A DNA stretch of 63,818 nt, counting the filler, from Kipferlia bialata (taxonomy: Eukaryota): assembly GCA_003568945.1 (NCBI GenBank). It is 5 parts of 5 records of this genome, joined end to end, with 100 filler letters (N's around TTAATTAATTAA, not from the genome) between each part and the next. Parts side by side here need not be neighbours in the genome. Positions count along the whole stretch, not along the records: positions 35,724 to 53,464 come from BDIP01000511.1; positions 53,565 to 62,515 come from BDIP01000518.1; 3 more parts are not named here. The stretch is one strand, 5' to 3'. The notes below the pieces were generated by a model. The model made no database searches, was not told where the DNA came from, and worked only from the letters and a program-made list of their open reading frames with translations. Shown here piece by piece: positions 39,488 through 53,610 of this stretch; within the stretch, counting starts at the first letter, position 1; the number at the start of each line of letters is the position of its first letter. A program made the position numbers and the translations under genes.

Positions 39488-40298
39488 ATATTCAGTCGAT
39501 GTGTGACCAAATTCAGGCTCCCATTAAGTATCGCGAAATAAACGAGAGGAGAGATCCAGCCCGATAACGAGATTGGCATAGTTAATGCTGTACTTTTAGA
39601 GAACTCTCACACAGATGGATCATAATATGTTATGCAATTGTATATTCATACTGTGGTGGACCTCAAGGCTTTGGAACGTTGGTGAAACGCTTTTGAAAGT
39701 AATGGTATTCAGTGATAGGATATGCTATTGGTATTCAATACAGTTTTGAAACAATTCTCCATATATATAGTAGTCTCTTGTACTTTCAAAGTAGAGCGAA
39801 TACTACTGCTTTGTAGCATTATTCGGTGGCCGAGAAGTATTCAAATTTACGGTCGCCTGAGACCAATCAACGGGTGTTCCCTAGTCTTGCTACTAATTGC
39901 TTGCATCATAAACCACTCCTCCTCCAGGAAGAACAGGTTCATAGTCAACTGAAGATTAGGGCCATACACATGACAACTTGTGTGGCAACGTGTAATAGAT
40001 TGGAGGAAGGGGGTCCAAAACCTACATATCACCCGAATAAGAGGGAGAGATAACCAGTGCTGCCTCAGAGTTAGTCACTCGTCGTGAGTGTGCAATGAGA
40101 ATGGGATACATAATAGCACAGAGGAGAAACAAATAGATGTTGCAGACAGTTTTAGAAGAAACAGAGGATGTTGTTCGGTTCGGTTTAGAATATTGTACTT
40201 CCGATAATCAATTATGATGGCTAAGAGGGCTCTGACCACCGCTAGGTCTCTGGGCTTCAGACTGTGTATCTATTTTGATCCAGATCTCAACATTTACG

Positions 40299-41264
40299 TC
40301 AGATATCAGTGTATGAGTCTGGACCAAGTACCCCAGGCATCATATGCACCAGTAGGGTGTGGGTGCCACTAACCAGTAGGGCAGTGGTGGGGTTGATCAT
40401 GATTGCACTTACACTTGCTCCCCAAAGGGTATAGGGTACAGGAAGAGACTCACATGGATCCAAGTCGTTTGATACCAGGTCATATGTGTAGAACAGACAC
40501 TGAATCCTATCCAGTGTAATGCGTATCGGGACTGTTACCAAGATGAGCTGATTGTTGTACGGTACACCAGTGTTGTGCCCCATGCATCCTAGTACTCTAA
40601 GATGCACAGTATCCTCGTCGTAGCTGGTTAAGACCCTCTCATGCACTATTGTCAACCTGTAACCCTTTAGTGACACATTGAATCCGAGCTGTGCCGGAAA
40701 TACCCTTGAGTGTTCGAATGATGCCCCGTCAGCTATCTCAATGTAGTGTTCAGCTATTCGAAGTGCTCTCCACTCCAAGTTGGCTATGTCTAGAAGCCAT
40801 GCATCCCTATAGTGTTCTAAACCCTCATTATAGCCACCCGTTAGTGCTATCCTTGCCTCACCCACAAACAGGAGCCTCGTATGACGTCTAGGTGGAGGGG
40901 ACTCGCCTAGTATCCCTAGGTGCTGCCACTTACTATCATCCAAGCGATAGGTGAACACAAAAGACTCTTCTGGATCGAGTCCTGAGGAAGTGGCATAGAC
41001 AAGCACCGCGCCGTCAATTCTCAGAAGCGTTGAATAGGTGTCCATTGACTCTAGAACTCTTGGAACTGGTAAAGCAACCTTTGCAATAGTATTCCCATCG
41101 TGCAGAGTCAGCAACTCCCACTTTGAGCCGCACTTAGACTGGTAGTGCAACATTGCTTCATTGTGTCCGATAGAGACCATCTGGGGAGTGGATCTTACTC
41201 TTTTTGGATCTGTGATCTCAGGCATTGCCTTTCTTACGCTGTCATACCAGGCCTTGAGTGCCAT
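40299..41264 (-). CDS. Intronless kelch-type propeller protein
   Basis: ORF from MALKAWY... with FTYRLDDSKWQHL, SPPPRRH and IALTGGYNEG...DAWLLDIANLEWRAL. Tandem paralog of 42186-43121 (shared AMPEITDP and INPTTALLVSGT). Confidence 0.75.
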   Translation of the reverse strand: MALKAWYDSVRKAMPEITDPKRVRSTPQMVSIGHNEAMLHYQSKCGSKWELLTLHDGNTIAKVALPVPRVLESMDTYSTLLRIDGAVLVYATSSGLDPEESFVFTYRLDDSKWQHLGILGESPPPRRHTRLLFVGEARIALTGGYNEGLEHYRDAWLLDIANLEWRALRIAEHYIEIADGASFEHSRVFPAQLGFNVSLKGYRLTIVHERVLTSYDEDTVHLRVLGCMGHNTGVPYNNQLILVTVPIRITLDRIQCLFYTYDLVSNDLDPCESLPVPYTLWGASVSAIMINPTTALLVSGTHTLLVHMMPGVLGPDSYTDI

Positions 41265-42185
41265 TGGGACAGTATGTACTACTACAAAATGCGTGATGGT
41301 GATGGTGGTAAAGACGGTCGAGACTCTTTGGCAGCTACATTGTCGATAGACCATCAATATCTGATGAGGGCATCTTGCCTCTCAGTTATCCTATGTATTC
41401 AGATAACCGTGTATTCCGCAATGTTACTATAACTATTATCACCAGTTGTTGTATGGACTAAACAGTGTAATGATTCCACTGGAATCTACAGTATTTACTA
41501 GGTTTGGCCATAAGTACGAGGGATACGTCGCTCATGTCTGTCATGGCTGCTCACTCCAGATCAGAGTCACAAATATATATGGAGCCGCCTGCAACTAAGA
41601 TTATAGTCATAACCTCCGGGAACAATCCTAACTAACCCTAATTGGGGAGCAAGCTGACGGCGTTTTACGGAGCATCTCCATAACAAATAGGAAGGACCTG
41701 GAAAACACATTTGAGATGTCACGTTCAATGGCTGAAGCTGTAGGTGGCACAACGGTGCCGATAGGCCTACGACTTCAAGTCTCTACGCAGTGAGGTAGTA
41801 ACAGAACTTTGCTCTGCCCTTCTAGTGGAACTATCGTGCATATGAGAATGCTCTTCGGTACATGAGACGATATAGGATGTTACTAGTCTTGGTGACTGCT
41901 GTTCTTCAATGATATCCTATAGTTGACTGACAGTAAATTGCAGTAACTGGAACTGAATTTGCAATCCATGCCTCAGTGGTATTTTCCGGGACCCGGAAAG
42001 CTTTAACTAGCACTGCTTGGTATCATACATATCCCATCTCTACTCAGAGACACACAATTATATAATATACTGTTAATGTGTCTTTGGATCTGGTCAGAGG
42101 CTTACTCTAGAGGGGGCAAATACCAGAGTCAAAGTGACTCTTCCTTGCACAGTAGTTTCCGATATCCTCTGTGATCACTACTATA

Positions 42186-43121
42186 CTACTCTGAGTATAT
42201 GTCTGGCCCCAGTACCTCTGGCAGCACATCCACCACTAGTGTGGAAGTGCCACTAACAACAAGTGCAGTCGTCGGGTTGAGCATTGTGGCACTGCAGCCA
42301 GTGTTGCAAGTGATAGGAAGGGGTATACATGGGATGAGGTCATTAGATACCGTGTCTAACACACAGATTGCAGGGTCATCTCTTTCCTTGCCTACCATCT
42401 CTGTCAAGAGAATGAGATGATATGATATGCCCAGGGATGCATATACCCTAAACAGCTGTTTGTCTGATCTTCCGCAATACACCCACCTCTCCCTCTCAAT
42501 TACACACCTGTCACAATCTACACACAGCCTATATCCTGTACCCCCTAGGATGGTGGACGCCTGTCCTTGTGTAATCCCAACTGAATATACCCCTAGCCCA
42601 TAAGGAACGTCTCTCAACTGGGTCCACACCAGTCTCTCCCTATCAAAGAGCCAGGCGTCTGGGATATGCATCCCTGTCTCTAGTTCACATCCACCTGCCA
42701 GTACAAAACTACTGTCACCTAGAGCAAACATGAGTGCGGAGTGCCTACAGGGAGGGGTATCCCCTGTTACAGCCAGCTTGTTCCATGTGCAGTCACCCAG
42801 CCTGTACTCATACACATACGACACTGTGCCACTGTCTCTCTTCTGATATGCGTACACTAACACAGTGTCGCCTACTTTTAGAAGCCTACACATAGTGGCT
42901 GTCTCTGCAAGTAGTGAGGGAACTGCAAAGCTAGTCTCTGTCACCACAGAGCCACCGTGTAGAGTGAGCATAGACCACTTGGGTCCCTGTCGTGTGTCGT
43001 AGTACATCATGGCCTTGTTGTGTTCCAGTGTAACTACCTCGGGGAAGTACCTCACCTCCTGTGGGTCTGTGATCTCAGGCATGGCCACAGTGTAGTGGTC
43101 ATACCATTGCATGGGTGGCAT
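42186..43121 (-). CDS. Intronless kelch-type propeller protein
   Basis: 311-aa ORF with YEYRLGDCTWNKLAVTGDTPPCRHS and FVLAGGC...DAWLFDRERLVWTQL. Paralog of 40299-41264. Confidence 0.8.
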   Translation of the reverse strand: MPPMQWYDHYTVAMPEITDPQEVRYFPEVVTLEHNKAMMYYDTRQGPKWSMLTLHGGSVVTETSFAVPSLLAETATMCRLLKVGDTVLVYAYQKRDSGTVSYVYEYRLGDCTWNKLAVTGDTPPCRHSALMFALGDSSFVLAGGCELETGMHIPDAWLFDRERLVWTQLRDVPYGLGVYSVGITQGQASTILGGTGYRLCVDCDRCVIERERWVYCGRSDKQLFRVYASLGISYHLILLTEMVGKERDDPAICVLDTVSNDLIPCIPLPITCNTGCSATMLNPTTALVVSGTSTLVVDVLPEVLGPDIYSE

Positions 43122-43813
43122 GTGTCAGCTACTGTATAGATGGGTCTGTAGCGATGATGATGGGTGGTAGAGAGCTCAGCAGACAGTGCCTTGATAGGAG
43201 GCCATCCTTGTGACTGTATAGACTTTACAGTGAATCTGTTTCGGATTCTGAATACCACATTCAGTTTGTTGGGCACCTATCAAGTGGGATGATAACATCT
43301 AGTACATGATAGCCAAAGTCACTGTAGACTGTGCACCAGAGTGAACGCATATTCCACTCTAGAGAACCCAAGTATTTAAGCTACTTGACGTTGTTCTGGA
43401 ACACAATAGTGTGGAATTGATCTTACCTTGTCACATAGCAGTACAAGTCCGAATTCAGTCACTGAGTCAGTGTCTAGTCACACACAACGAATTTGTGAGT
43501 AGTAATGATATGACCCTCTAAATTAGAGGGCCTCTAACAGACATCTATTACTGTACAGTTCCATACTCTAACTTAGAGTAACTCTAAGCCAGACCTCAAA
43601 CGGATATGCACTCACACACTCTCTCCCGAGTCTTCTCTAGAAGCATCTGTGCACATATGACATATGAATACATTTGTATATATGCATGATGACAGTTTGA
43701 TTCACACACTCTCTCCCTGACTTGTCATATTAACCTATTAATCGATAATATATTACTCTATTATTTATTACTTACTATACAGACACACACTACCACCTCA
43801 CAAGCACATGTGT

Positions 43814-46800
43814 TCAGACACTCTCTCCCTCACTGGTTGTCTTGGCCTCTACATCGAGAGTCTCCACCTCGTCATCTGCGAAGGCCAGCCTCCTGTACTG
43901 CTTCTTGTAGTCATCCCTCTGCAGGTACAGCAGAGTCACACCAGCCAGGACACCGACAACAACCACAGCTATCGCGTAGTAGAACCATGGAATCGTGTAG
44001 GCTGGAAGGGTGAGGGAGTGCGGAGTTGTAACACAGTGTATATGACTAAAAGAAGCAATCCTCTCCTGGGTAAGAAAGTACCAATAGTAACATTCAAATA
44101 TTCGGATACCTATGTCTACAGTCAGTGTGCTCTCTGGTGTGGTTGGGGACACAGCGCTATATACATATACATATAGACCTACATATTTATATATAAGTCA
44201 TATATGTATAACCGTGCACTTACCTATCTCTACAGTGAGTGTGCTCTCTTGTGTGGTGGGTGACACAGCACAATATACATATACATATATACCTACATAT
44301 ATATGAGTCATATATATGTATAACCATGCACTTACCTATGTCTACAGTCAGTGTGCTCTCTGGTGTGGTTGGGGACACAGCACTATATACATATACATAG
44401 AGACCTATATATATATGAGTCATATATGTATAATATATATATACTAATACCTATCTCTACAGTGAGTGTGCTCTCTGGTGTGGTTGGGGATACAGCACTC
44501 ACAACCATGCTTCTGTCGCTAGGGGTTAGATATATACATGATGTTAGAAAGACCTCACTTGAATATAGTCTCCCGATTGTCAAAGAGATAAAGAGACGGA
44601 ATGCAGAATATCTTACTATCAATAGAAACTAATACTATTGACTGACCGCTAGGACTTGTAATACGCCAACATATACTCTGTATACATATATATTGTGTAT
44701 ATAGTATATACATGGACGCACATGACCCCGATGTGGTTCCCCACTGTGACTGAGTACTGTGTCTGGCAGGTACCAGACACACAGGGCACAGGCTCAGAGA
44801 GGTACCTATAGGTTAGTATATATATATACTGGTATACATACACTATAAATACTCTAATTTGGAAATATAACCAGACATACAGGGCACAGGCTCAGAGAGG
44901 TATCTGAGGATAAGCAAACATGAGTACACACCAGTATCCGTATGTCCTAGTACAAAGGTATATTATCGACAATACCTAACCTCAGGCTGGTCCTCAAAGT
45001 ACACTGCAAAAGTGACACCATATTATGATAATATACAATGTATACACTACATTCAACTCATCCTTATCATTGTCTATACTGTATATGAATACCTGGCCTC
45101 TGGCTGGTCCTCAAAGTACACTGCAAAGGTGACAGAGTCAGATGCCATGACGATGCCATTCTGGTGATGAGATTACAAAATTCGATTTTGTGAACGTTAT
45201 ACATACAATATATGTGAATATACGTATAATGCAGCAGTCTCATATTCTGACCACAGATTCATGCGAGGGTAGAGAGTAACAATCTCAAGACGATGCCCCA
45301 ACTAGACAGATACTAAAACACTATCGCCATCTTCCTAGAAGGGTAGTTGCTTACCTCGTTGTAGGGAGTGAATGTGAACTACGGGACAGATATAAGAGAG
45401 TATATATACCAGAGATACCATGATAATATGGCCAAACAAGCAAGTATTACACTTGACATGTATACCTCGTTGTAGGGAGTGAATGTGAATGTGGCGTATA
45501 GTGAAATGTATATAGTAAAAAACAAAATGGAATAAATATATTTGTGATGTAGTCAGAATAATATAGAAAGTCTTCCTAGAAGGGTAATCATACCTCGTTG
45601 TAGGGAGTGAATGTGAATGTGGCGTCACCTGTGCCAGCACGGACAGACCTGGGGTGAATATATGATATACACATATACACACGCATGTCTGTATATGTAC
45701 ATACATAGATACATAGATACATGTATATACATGACCCCAATCTCTATACCTGGGTGATATGTCTAGAGTGGTATTATATGTAGTATTCTATATGTATGTC
45801 ATGGACAAGTAATTATATATATACTAATTATATTATATATATACTAATACTACCTGGGTGATATGTCCAAAGTGGTAATTGTACCAACGGATACAGATAC
45901 AGGGGCCATGATGGGTGGAGGGACACGGTATACAGACCGGGTGGCCTTGGCCTAGAGTGAGAAGAGGGTTATTCATATATACATATATACATACTTGCAT
46001 GTATATATACAGAGAGAGAGAGGGAGAGGTTTGATGGAGGCAGTGGATGGACTTGGTGGCCTTGGCCTAGAATGAGAGAGGGATATAGAATACTATTTGA
46101 GAACCTTAGGGAAAAGAGTGATAGACTATATTGGATAGATGAGTGGATGGACCTTGGGGCTTGCTGCAGAGAGTAACAATAAGAGAAGAGATACTGAAAT
46201 ATTTGATTACTGTAATTTACAATATTTACCGTAATGTAGACTGAAAGTATGACGCATACATATGTATATCAGTGTCATTACCACAATGACTGAAACCCCA
46301 CTCTCGACCAGTAACTCTATAGTCGATATTATAGTATATATCCTATAATTCTGTAATTCAATCAGTACCTCGATGACTGTTACCCCACTCTTGGCCAGGG
46401 ATGGGTCCACACACATATCTGTAGTGTATACTCTATAGTATAGTCCTTATTATTGTATGTAAATACATACCTCAATAACTGTTACCCCACTCTTGGCCAG
46501 GGATGGATCCACAAATTACATATGTTATACGTATTAACTGTATTAACGATTGATAACATACCTCGATCACGGTGATTCCACTCTTGGCCAGTGATGGATC
46601 CACATACATGTCTGCAGTGTAGAGTGATGTCTCAGAGTCAAAGGATGTAGGGCTGAGGGTGGGGTCAGACAGGCCCCACCAACCGACAGACAGACCCATG
46701 TTCTAGGATGAGGGAGAATATTTGAAACAATGGAATATTTACATATACTATAATAGACTACTGTACCTGAGGTATCAGGCTCTTGCACTTGTCATATGCA

Positions 46801-49800
46801 CTGAAGGACATGGACACAGTGTCCCCAACCACCACTGTGCCAGAATACGAACTATATATTTGTATATAAATATATATGTGTGTATGTATACCATTACCTG
46901 AGGTATCAAGCTCTTGCACTTGTCATAAGCACTGAAGGACATGGACGCAGTGTCACCGACTACCACGGTATTGATATATATGTATATTTATATATATACA
47001 ATAGGGTACCTGAGGTATCAGGCTCTTGCACTTGTCATATGCACTGAAGGACATGGACAGAGTGTCTCCAACCACCACTGTGCCAGAATACGTACATATA
47101 TTTGTATATATATGTGTGTGTGTGTATACCATTACCTGAGGTATCAGGCTCTTGCACTTGTCATAAGCTCCAAATGAGAGTGATGCTGTGTCCCCCACCA
47201 CCACTGTGCCAGGTCTCTCTGTGACATAGACAGCATCGGTGAAGTAGACAACCTCAAAGGGGAAGACATGGTCAGCGCCACTGAGGGTAAGAGAGAGATT
47301 ACGTCAAAGTGAATGTCACTGTCAGTTCAATTGCATATGTACATAATGTCCCATAGATCAGCAAAATATCAACATAGAAATACAATTAGTATTAGTATAC
47401 ACATTGAATATAGAAATGTTTACAAATAGAATCCACCATACCCCTCTTGTGTCGATGCCACTGTGAGTGTCATGGTGTCTGTGGCACAGGTGTAGAGGAT
47501 GCCTGGGCATGAGAGAATAAGCTTACTAACACAAAACATACTATTACTCTTACAACTAAAGCACACCAATAATAACTATATAATACATTAATGGATGAGT
47601 GTAGAGGTAATTTGAGCTATGAGAGAATACATATATAGACACATACCGACTCAAACCAAACATGAGTATCCTATGAATACATATACCACTGAGTATGTGT
47701 AAGCCGTGCCCTGTTATTGCATAGTGTACAATTATGGAAGTCTATATATTTAATGTAGTATATGATATCTAGTGGCCACGTACCCACTGAGTATGTGTAT
47801 GCTGTCCCCGTCTGGTTGGGTATGAGGGTGTAGGATGGAGGAACATCGTCACTGGTGATGGTTAGAGTGACACTCCTGTGGTAAGAGACTTAGAGATATA
47901 AATAGAGAGAAGAGCGATAGAGGGAGAGAAAGAGAGGGGTGTATGAGGGGACATCGTCACTGGTGATGGTGAGACTAACCCTACTATGTTAAGTATCGGC
48001 TGATAAGTATGATCCTAGTGTGACACGTAACTTACTATTACATAAGAGTATATGCATATACCCATATCCACACCTATCATCCGATATTGATGATCCCAGC
48101 GTGTCATAGACTGCAAACTCCAGAGTGATTAACTTGCCATTTGCAAAGTAGGAGGTGCCTGTGGTGAGTATATTACTACGCACACAAATATACATATACA
48201 TCAATATATGTATATATATAGATAGATGTACATGTATAGGTAATCTCCAGAGTGATGAGTTTGCCATTGGCATAGTAGGAGTTGCCTGTGGTCAGTATAG
48301 ATACATCAATATATGTATACATACATCAATACAAATATAAATTTATATATGAATGGCAAAGTAGGAGTTGCCTATGGTGAGAATAGATACATCAACATAT
48401 GTATATACACATCAATACATGTATATGTATATACATATATATATATATATATGAATATATGTATATGTATCCGTTTGCAAAGTAGGAGTTGCCTGTGGTG
48501 AGTATGTATTTACAAGACATATATATCAGCATCAATATGTATGTGCAAACTCCAGAGTGATGAAGTTGCCACCAGTCAGAAGTAGAGAGAAGACATGAAT
48601 CACGCTTGTTATACCTCCCAACAAGGATGCTGATGCCACCTCTGAGTAGCTAATATCCACCTCGACAGCAGCACTGGGGGTTAGAGTATATATTTATATA
48701 TATATACTGAATAATATGTATATATATATATATATACACTGAATAATATGTATAATACTTACCCAGCCTCTGACAAGAAGAACGGCGCCACTGCCTCTGT
48801 GGATGTTGATACAGACAGGACAGAGGTCATGGCCTGGTGTGTCAGTATTGCCACTAAATATACACTATCTATGTATATATATACATATAGCATTGCGTAT
48901 ATATACATGTATATACATACATATATATATGATGAATATGGCATATACAGACAGGACAGAGGTCATGGCCTGGGGTTAGTATTGATACTAAATATACACC
49001 ATCTATATACACAGAAACATTGCATATATATATATATATATGTATATTTGGTATATTTGATGAATAGGGCATATACAGCCAGGACGTGGGTCATGGCCTA
49101 GAGTTAGTAATACTAATAGTATAACGGTATAGTAATACTAATAGTATAACCATACTACTATACTATGTACATGATAGTCACGACCTGGCGTAAGCTAGTG
49201 TTATACTATAGGTGTAGTATATGCATTATATACACCCGAACCGTACTTCTAGACAGACATGACAGAGGTCATGACCTCTGTTAAGATACCCACATATACG
49301 TATACAACAATACCTCATCTGTCGTGTCTGCCACACCTATGTCTGTGAATGTCACAGTATACACTATAACATTGTAGTGTACGTATATTCTGTATGAATA
49401 GAATAATCATAAACTACATATATATATATCCAACACAATTACATCGTCTGCTGCGGCTGCCAATAAATGCATATACACTATACAACTATAATATATCAGT
49501 ATATATAACATATATACAATTACCTCGTCTGCTGCGTCTGCCATTCCACTGAATGTCACAGTGTAGACATCGTCATCCCCAAAGGTGACAGAAGCTGTGG
49601 TAAACCAGTTTGTATCCAATGTGCAAAGATGTCACAAGTGTGAGGTCATATATGCTATGATATTGACGGCAACACCATCACCCACATGTGGGTTACTCGA
49701 TGGAATCTATACTAGGCCTAATAGACTGACGATACATACAAATTCACTAATACATACACATCCATATACACTCACCTGTTGTGTATATCTTCCCAGATAC

Positions 49801-50240
49801 ATAAACACACATGTGCATGCTTGGTGATAGTGTAGAGTCATATGTACATACACTCACCAGGACTGTATGTTTTCCCATTGACCAGCCAGGTGAAGACGAG
49901 GTGGGACTGGATGTCCTGGTGGGTGAGACATATTCTATTAATATAAATGTATTCTCATCCTCATCTGATAGAATGACACTGAACACTGAACTATACATAC
50001 ATATACACAACCTTTATATATCTATATCTATAATTGAATATATATATTCACGCACCGTGACTAGTGTATTCGCGTCCCACACTCAGATAGAGTGACACTG
50101 AACACTGTTGTGTCCATATATATTCACCCTTTTACTATATTTATATATGTATGAATATATATGAATACCCATACCGTCACCAGTGTATTCCCATCCTCAT
50201 CTGCCAGTGTGACACTGAACACTGTTGTGTCGTCCTTACA

Positions 50241-50279
<39 letters not shown>

Positions 50280-51536
50280 TATATGTGTGTATATATATAA
50301 AAGTACATACCGATACAAGTGTGTTACCATCCTCATCCGATAGAGTGACACTGAACACTGTTGTGTCGTCCTTACAGTGGGCAGAGGTGGGCGAGGCAGA
50401 CATCGAGTGGACGACTGGTGTTAGCACAGGAATATTCATTATACAAAATATGATACATATGTAGTGTATGAGTATATATTTATATATATATATGGATATA
50501 TATATATATGGCTGTGTGGGCAGAGGTGGGAGAGGCAGACATGGAGTGGACGACTAGTGTTAGAAAGAGTTTACTTTTCATACATGTACTATATAGATTG
50601 CATGAGGACATGTAGGGTGTGATTACATAATACTAGGTGGGTACAGAGGTGGTGGAGGCAGACATGGAGTGCACGACTGCCATAAGATCGACTTTACTAT
50701 ATACATATACATACTAATACATATTCTATATACAAATATGTATACATATGGATATGTGGGCAGAGGTGGGGGAGGCAGACATGGAGTGGACGACTGGTGT
50801 CAGTGACAAATAGACTATAAGGAGTGCGGTGGATATATATGTGGTGCAAACGAGCAACTGAATAAGTGTGTCTCTCTACACGAGTCCTACTATATTCTGC
50901 ACATTTATTTATGCACATACAATGAATGCACTAGTAAATATATGAATATATATCCAATATGTGTGTCTCTACATACCTGGCGTAGCAGGGCCGCTGTATA
51001 CCGTAACCACCCCTAGAGATGGGGTGTCATCTCCAGTATTTGTGGGGCCTAGTGGTGAATATGATATTCACAAATATACATTTGAATCAACTACTCTATA
51101 CAGGGTAGAGTAAATGAGTTTAAAACCCTAGATGGGGTGTCGTCACCAGTGTTAGTGGGTCAGAGTGATGAGTATCACGGATGTATAATTATACAGTGGT
51201 ACTATATGTTCTAAAGTGTATAGTACAATATAGTGCAATACAACTTGCGTGTGTATGCACAGTACCTGTCATATAGACTGTCTCCCCTGTAAAGGCAAGG
51301 GACAAGTATATAACAATTCACATATATATATATATATATATATGCATGTTCTTCAATAAGTAGATCTCTCCATACCTGTCATGTAATCAATCTATACATA
51401 TGTATACATATGAATAGGTATACAGTATATATATTCCTTACTCACCTGTCATATAGACTGTCTCCCCTGTAAATGCGAGGGATCTGGATTGACTAGAGCT
51501 GAGGTAGTAGTCATCGCCCTGGTGGTCAGATATATA

Positions 51537-51589
<53 letters not shown>

Positions 51590-53114
51590 CAGATGTACAT
51601 ATACTGACTAGAGCTGAGGTAGTAGTCAACGCCCTGGTAGTGAGTACAGGTATATACAGTGTACATATTCAGTATTTAGAAATATGTAGACTAATACTAT
51701 ACTACTCAATATATATATGTATAAGTATTCTACTAGTATACACAATTATCACTCACTTCAAATGATACTGCTCTGACCATGCTGAGTGTATGTATACATA
51801 TATGTATAGTATGTATATATACGTGTAATATATATATATGTGTATATATGTACATATATAATAGTGTATATACTTCACTCACCTCGTATGACACCGCTCT
51901 GACCATGCTGAGTGAGGCATCATATATATATGTATATGTATATATATGAATATATATATATGCTCTATGTTGTATGTGTATATATATGTATACACATACA
52001 CATACCTCGTATGACACTGCTCTGACCATGCTGAGTGAGGCATCAGGAACTGATCTTATACCACATATATATGTATATATACAGTATAAGAATGTCTATA
52101 TGTGTACTACGGCTACTAACCTCGTATGCTATTGACTATATGTATACATATATACACATACTGACCTCGTATGACACTGCTCTGACCATGCTGAGTGAGG
52201 CATCCACAGGGTCTAGCAGGTACACATACATCTGGGAGTGAACAGGAAACCGGTAAGAACAATAGGCCTAACAAGAATATGTGAACATATACATGAGTGA
52301 AGCATCCACTGGGCCTAGCAGGTACATATACATCTGGTCTTCAGCAAAATGGTACAAATGTAATACTATACTAGTGAACCATCATCACCTTCTCATGCCC
52401 GATGTCTGTGAGATAAGAATGTACAAATATATATATTTGGACATTTACCATTACCTCATTGTATTAATTAAGATTGTAATTGTCACACCTTCTCATGTCC
52501 AGTGTCTGTGAAACAGAACACCCCGTCCTTCTGGGGGGTCTGGGGGCCAAACTGGGTGCTGGGGTTAACCGAATGTCTATATATGGATTTCTATATATGA
52601 ATGTCCCTTCTTGAACCAGGTGTTGACCAGGGGGTAGTCTAGCCTCCATTATTACGTGACCACAGACAAATATAGGAAAGAATTTATATACTTATATATG
52701 GGTATATATATACTAACTAATATAAAAATACATATATATATGTGTGTATACATACCCAGTGTCCCCGAACCACGTGTTGACCAGGGTGTATGAGGTTGGG
52801 TTGATCCCAGTGGCGTCTGAGTCATCGATGTAGATGTATAGGGGTACCGACTTGCCATCTGTATCAACCAAGGTGTCGGTGGCTGGGATGTTAGAAATAT
52901 GGAAACAGCACTACCTAGTTAATACATATATATATATATGTAAATACATATATAGGGGTGTGTATCCCTCTATGGAGAGGGAATATTACTGCTATAATAC
53001 CACTTTACTTCTACCTTTATATATAGTTGTATGAACACACAAATATGTATAATACAATATGCATTACAAACCAATCAGTGAATACCCCTCTATGGAGAGT
53101 GTGTTTCCAAAGAC

Positions 53115-53163
<49 letters not shown>

Positions 53164-53266
53164 GTATTCATTGGCATATCCTATCACCTATCAGCGTGTC
53201 CCCCTCTATGGATAGTGTGTTTCCAAAGGCTGAGTTGGAGAAACCAGACTGACCGGGGGAGGGGAT
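43814..53266 (-). CDS. Large type I surface protein: FG-GAP-like repeat(s), Thr/Ser/Val-rich Ig/filamin-like repeats, C-terminal TM and short cytoplasmic tail (5' end missing)
   Basis: Exons include SNSAFGNTLSIEGDTLIG (FG-GAP-like), DDTTVFSVTLSDEDGN, GKLITLEFAVYDTLGS and VVGDTASLSFGAYDKC. The last exon reads WFYYAIAVVVVGVLAGVTLLYLQRDDYKKQYRRLAFADDEVETLDVEAKTTSEGESV*. Confidence 0.65.
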
Positions 53267-53424
53267 CTTACGGTAAGTGATTATATACTTATATATTAAT
53301 GTATACATATATATATATATATGGAGAGAGAGAGAGAGATAGAGAGAGAGAGTTGGAGAAGCCAGACTGACCGGGGGAGGGGATCTGGTGGTTAGTATCT
53401 ATATATATCTATATATATATAGAT

Positions 53425-53464
<40 letters not shown>

Positions 53465-53564
53465 NNNNNNNNNNNNNNNNNNNNNNNNNNNNNNNNNNNN
53501 NNNNNNNNTTAATTAATTAANNNNNNNNNNNNNNNNNNNNNNNNNNNNNNNNNNNNNNNNNNNN
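53465..53564. other. Artificial contig-joining spacer
   Basis: N-run with central TTAATTAATTAA. Confidence 0.95.
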
Positions 53565-53610
53565 ACCCCCCCTTGTTTACGGCCCCCCCCCCCCCCCCCC
53601 CCCACCCCAG

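Noticed and set aside
39500..42180. Possible transposon or RNA gene in the intergenic stretches
   Set aside because: I could not recognise a TIR/LTR pair, transposase or RT motif, tRNA or rRNA.
17988..53280. Hundreds of short Y/I/C/M-rich ORFs in the ORF track
   Set aside because: They are translations of (AT)n/(GT)n/(CT)n microsatellites in introns. The real coding sequence is the spliced exons.
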